Shown here one piece after another: positions 59,715 through 64,000 of a stretch of DNA of 64,000 nt. Under the pieces are notes generated by a model that saw nothing but the letters and a program-made list of their open reading frames with translations, ran no database searches and was not told where the DNA came from. This stretch comes from the human T2T-CHM13v2.0 reference genome, Homo sapiens. Numbering within the stretch: the stretch's first letter is position 1; each line of letters begins with the position of its first letter. The stretch lies in assembly GCF_009914755.1 (NCBI RefSeq), contig NC_060925.1. One strand, 5' to 3'. A program made the position numbers and the translations under genes.

Positions 59715-61396
59715 AACAGAATTGAATGGAATCGTCATCGAATGAATTGAATGCAATCATCGAATGGTCTCGAATGGAATCATCTTCTAATGGAAAGGAA
59801 TGGAATCATCGCATAGAATCGAATGGAATTATCATCGAATGGAATCGAATGGTATCAACACCAAACGGAAAAAAACGGAATTATCGAATGGAATCGAAGA
59901 GAATCTTCGAACGGACCCGAATGGAATCATCTAATGGAATGGAATGGAATAATCCATGGACTCGAATGCAATCATCATCGAATGGAATCGAATGGAATCA
60001 TCGAATGGACTCGAATGGAATAATCATTGAACGGAATCGAATGGAATCATCATCGGATGGAAACGAATGGAATCATCATCGAATGGAAATGAAAGGAGTC
60101 ATCATCTAATGGAATTGCATGGAATCATCATAAAATGGAATCGAATGGAATCAACATCAAATGGAATCAAATGGAATAATTGAACGGAATTGAATGGAAT
60201 CGTCATCGAATGAATTGAATGCAATCATCGAATGGTCTAGAATGGAATCATCTTCAAATGGAATGGAATGGAATCATCGCATAGAATCGAATTGAAGTAT
60301 CATCGAATGGAATGGAATGGAATCAACATCAAACGGAAAAAAACGGAATTATCGAATGGAATCGAATGGAATCATCGAATGGACTCGAATGGAATAATCA
60401 TTGAACGGAATCGAATGGAATCATCATCGGATGGAAATGAATGGAATCATCATCGAATGGAATCGAATAGAATTATGGAATGAAATCCAGTGTGATCATC
60501 ATCGAATGAACCCGAATGGAATCATCATCCAACGGAAGCTAATGGAATCAACATCGAATGAATCGAATGGAAACACCATCGAATTGAAACGAATGGAATT
60601 ATCTTGAAATTGAAATGGATGGACTCATCATCGAATGGATTCGAATGGAATCATCGAATAAAATTGATTGAAATCATCATCCAATGGAATCGAATGGTAT
60701 CATTGAATGGAATCGAATGGAATCATCATCAGATGGAAATGAATGGAATCGTCATAGAATGGAATCGAATGGATTCATTGAATGGAATCAGATGGAATCA
60801 TCGAATGGACTGGAATGGAATCATTGAATGGACTCAAAAGGTTTCATGATTGAATGGAATTGAATGGAATCATCGAATGGTCTCGATTGGAATCATTATC
60901 AAATGGAATCGAATGGAATCACCGAATAGAATCGAATGGAACAATCATCGAATGGACTCAAATGGAATTATCCTCAAATGGAATCGAATGGAATTATCGA
61001 ATGCATTCGAATGGAATTATCGAATGCAATCGAATAGAATCATCGAATGGACTCGAATGGAATCATCGAATGGAATGGAATGGAACAGTCAATGAACTCG
61101 AATGGAATCATCATTGAATGGAATCGAATGGAATCATCGAGTGGAATCGAATGGAATTATGATCAAATGGAATCGAATGTAATCATCATCAAATGGAATC
61201 AAACATAACCATCATCAATTGGTATTGAATGGAATTCTCATCAAATGGAATTCAAAGGAATCATCATCAAATGGAACTGAATGGAATCCTCAATGAATGG
61301 AAATGAAAGGGGTCATCATCTAATGGAATCGCATGGAATCATCATCAAATGGAATCGAATGGAATCATCATCAAATGGAATCTGATGGAATCATTG
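59715..61396 (+). repeat. 1682-bp unit (94-bp deletion in subunit B)
   Basis: At 60351-60366 AAACGGAATTATCGAATGGAATCGAA continues with TGGAATCATCG, skipping the GAGAATC...CCATGG...TGCAATC segment. Confidence 0.88.
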
Positions 61397-62410
61397 AACA
61401 GAATTGAATGGAATCGTCATCGAATGAATTGAATGCAATCATCGAATGGTCTCGAATGTAATCATCTTCTAATGGAAAGGAATGGAATCATCGCATAGAA
61501 ACGAATAGAATTAACATTGAATGGACTCGAATGGAATCAACATCAAATGGAATCAAGCGGAATTATCGAATGAAACCGAAGAGAATCATCGAATGGACTC
61601 GAATGGAATCATCTAATGGAATGGAATGGAATAATCCACGGACTCGAATGCAATCATCATCGTATAGAATCGAATGGAATCATCGAATGGACTCGAATGG
61701 AATAACCATTGAACGGAATCGAATGGAATCATCATCGGATGGAAACGAATGGAATCATCATCGAATGGAAATGTAAGGAGTCATCATCTAATGGAATTGC
61801 ATGGAATCATCATCAAATGGAATCGAATGGAATCAACATCAAATGGAATCAAATGGAATCATTGAACGGAATTGAATGGAATCGTCATCGAATGAATTGA
61901 ATGCAATCATCGAATGGTCTCGAATGGAATCATGTTCAAATGGAATGGAATGGAATCAACGCATAGAATCGAATGGAATTATCATCGAATGGAATCGAAT
62001 GGTATCAACATCAAACGGAAAAAAACGGAATTATCGAATGCAATCGAAGAGAATCATCGAATGGACTCGAATGGAATCATCGAATGGAATGGAATGGAAC
62101 AGTCAATGAACACGAATGGAATCATCATTGAATGGAATCGAATGGAATCATCGAGTGGAATCGAATGGAATTATGATCAAATGGAATCGAATGTAATCAT
62201 CATCAAATGGAATCAAAAATAACCATCATCAATTGGTATTGAATGGAATTGTCATCAAATGGAATTCAAAGGAATCATCATCAAATGGAACCGAATGGAA
62301 TCCTCATTGAATGGAAATGAAAGGGGTCATCATCTAATGGAATCGCATGGAATCATCATCAAATGGAATCGAATGGAATCATCATCAAATGGAATCTAAT
62401 GGAATCATTG
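61397..62410 (+). repeat. 1014-bp divergent short unit (762 bp shorter than canonical)
   Basis: ATG landmarks at 61408 and 62422; subunit B joins directly to the ...GGAACAGTCAATG block; ATCCAGTGTG and GGAAGCTAAT are absent. Confidence 0.88.
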
Positions 62411-64000
62411 AACAGAATTGAATGGAATCGTCATCGAATGAATTGAATGCAATCATCGAATGGTCTCGAATGGAATCATCTTCTAATGGAAAGGAATGGA
62501 ATCATCGCATAGAATCGAATGGAATTATCATCGAATGGAATCGAATGGTATCAACACCAAACGGAAAAAAACGGAATTATCGAATGGAATCGAAGAGAAT
62601 CTTCGAACGGACCCGAATGGAATCATCTAATGGAATGGAATGGAATAATCCATGGACTCGAATGCAATCATCATCGAATGGAATGGAATGGAATCATCGA
62701 ATGGACTCGAATGGAATAATCATTGAACGGAATCGAATGGAATCATCATCGGATGGAAACGAATGGAATCATCATCGAATGGAAATGAAAGGAGTCATCA
62801 TCTAATGGAATTGCATGGAATCATCATAAAATGGAATCGAATGGAATCAACATCAAATGGAATCAAATGGAATCATTGAACGGAATTGAATGGAATCGTC
62901 ATCGAATGAATTGAATGCAATCATCGAATGGTCTCGAATGGAATCATCTTCAAATGGAATGGAATGGAATCATCGCATAGAATCGAATGGAATTATCATC
63001 GAATGGAATCGAATGGAATCAACATCAAACGGAAAAAAACGGAATTATCGAATGGAATCGAAGAGAATCATCGAATGGACCCGAATGGAATCATCTAATG
63101 GAATGGAATGGAATAATCCATGGACTCGAATGCAATCATCATCGAATGGAATCGAATGGAATCATCGAATGGACTCGAATGGAATAATCATTGAACGGAA
63201 ACGAATGGAATCATCATCGGATGGAAATGAATGGAATCATCATCGAATGGAATCGAATAGAATTATGGAATGAAATCCAGTGTGATCATCATCGAATGGA
63301 CCCGAATGGAATCATCATCCAACGGAAGCTAATGGAATCAACATCGAATGAATCAAATGGAAACACCATCGAATTGAAACGAATGGAATTATCATGAAAT
63401 TGAAATGGATGGACTCATCATCGAATGGATTCGAATGGAATCATCGAATAAAATTGATTGAAATCATCATCGAATGGAATCGAATGGTATCATTGAATGG
63501 AATCGAAAAGAATCATCATCAGATGGAAATGAATGGAATCGTCATAGAATGGAATCGAATGGATTCATTGAATGGAATCAGATGGAATCATCGAATGGAC
63601 TGGAATGGAATCATTGAATGGACTCGAAAGGGATCATGATTGAATGGAATTGAATGGAATCATCGAATGGTCTCGATTGGAATCATTATCAAATGGAATC
63701 GAATGGAATCACCGAATAGAATCGAATGGAACAATCATCGAATGGACTCAAATGGAATTATCCTCAAATGGAATCGAATGGAATTATCGAATGCAATCGA
63801 ATGGAATTATCGAATGCAATCGAATAGAATCATCGAATGGACTCGAATGGAATCATCCAATGGAATGGAATGGAACAGTCAATGAACTCGAATGGAATCA
63901 TCATTGAATGGAATCGAATGGAATCATCGAGTGGAATCGAATGGAATTATGATCAAATGGAATCGAATGTAATCATCATCAAATGGAATCAAAAATAACC
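62411..64000 (+). repeat. Partial canonical unit truncated by the window edge
   Basis: ORF pattern 62422/62890/63394/63640 has the same offsets as unit 1. Confidence 0.9.

Larger units (their letters stand above)
1..64000 (+). repeat. Human satellite II (HSATII/HSat2) pericentromeric array, 1776-bp unit (chr1q12 1.77-kb / HSat2A2-like)
   Basis: Continuous GAATGGAATCATCATCGAATGGAATC-type repeats with abundant TCGA (TaqI) sites, typical of HSat2 rather than the purer (GGAAT)n of HSat3. The landmark AACAGAATTGAATGGAATCGTC recurs at 1, 1777, 3553, 5329 etc. (period 1776). One GAATTC per unit (first at 1628-1633). Family call is high confidence; chromosome 1 is inferred from the known 1.77-kb EcoRI unit. 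Confidence 0.97.

Noticed and set aside
12-63907. Hundreds of 60-178 aa + strand ORFs (MESSSNE.../MELSSNG.../MKLKW...)
   Set aside because: Low-complexity translations of GGAAT-type repeats, overlapping in several frames, freely broken by stops and frameshifts between copies (e.g. ~4224, ~8561, 32918), with no recognisable domain. The - strand lacks ORFs simply because TCA repeats read as TGA.
1-64000. CRISPR-like repeat/spacer periodicity
   Set aside because: There are no unique spacers, leader or cas genes; all intervening sequence is itself satellite.
1-64000. Alternative identity as HSat3, alpha satellite or telomeric repeat
   Set aside because: Pure GGAAT runs are at most 3-4 copies, ATCATCGAAT motifs dominate, and there is no 171-bp period, CENP-B box or TTAGGG.

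Overview
The whole 64 kb window is one uninterrupted array of human satellite II (HSATII/HSat2), in a single orientation with the GAATG strand on +. It is built from degenerate GGAAT/ATCGAATGGAATC-type 23/26-bp subrepeats organised into a 1776-bp unit with one EcoRI site per unit. This matches the classic 1.77-kb chromosome 1q12 pericentromeric satellite (HSat2A2-like); the chromosome assignment is inferred from unit length and not proven here. I count 33 complete units plus one partial: 18 are exactly 1776 bp and 15 are length variants (1014, 1308, 1682, 1727, 1777, 1786, 1799 x2, 1922 x3, 2244 x2, 3648 x2). I see no genes, RNA genes, mobile elements, CRISPR arrays or inversions, and all listed ORFs are repeat artefacts. 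I found no new biological system. What is interesting is the array's recombination record: an internal 468-bp duplication that contracts and expands (1-6 copies), a recent ~11.2-kb tandem duplication, an eroded 3-unit (5328-bp) period, a divergent subunit lineage with a 147-bp duplication, and homology-flanked deletions. Unit lengths come from ORF-track periodicity plus manual reading; variant lists were read by eye and are not exhaustive.
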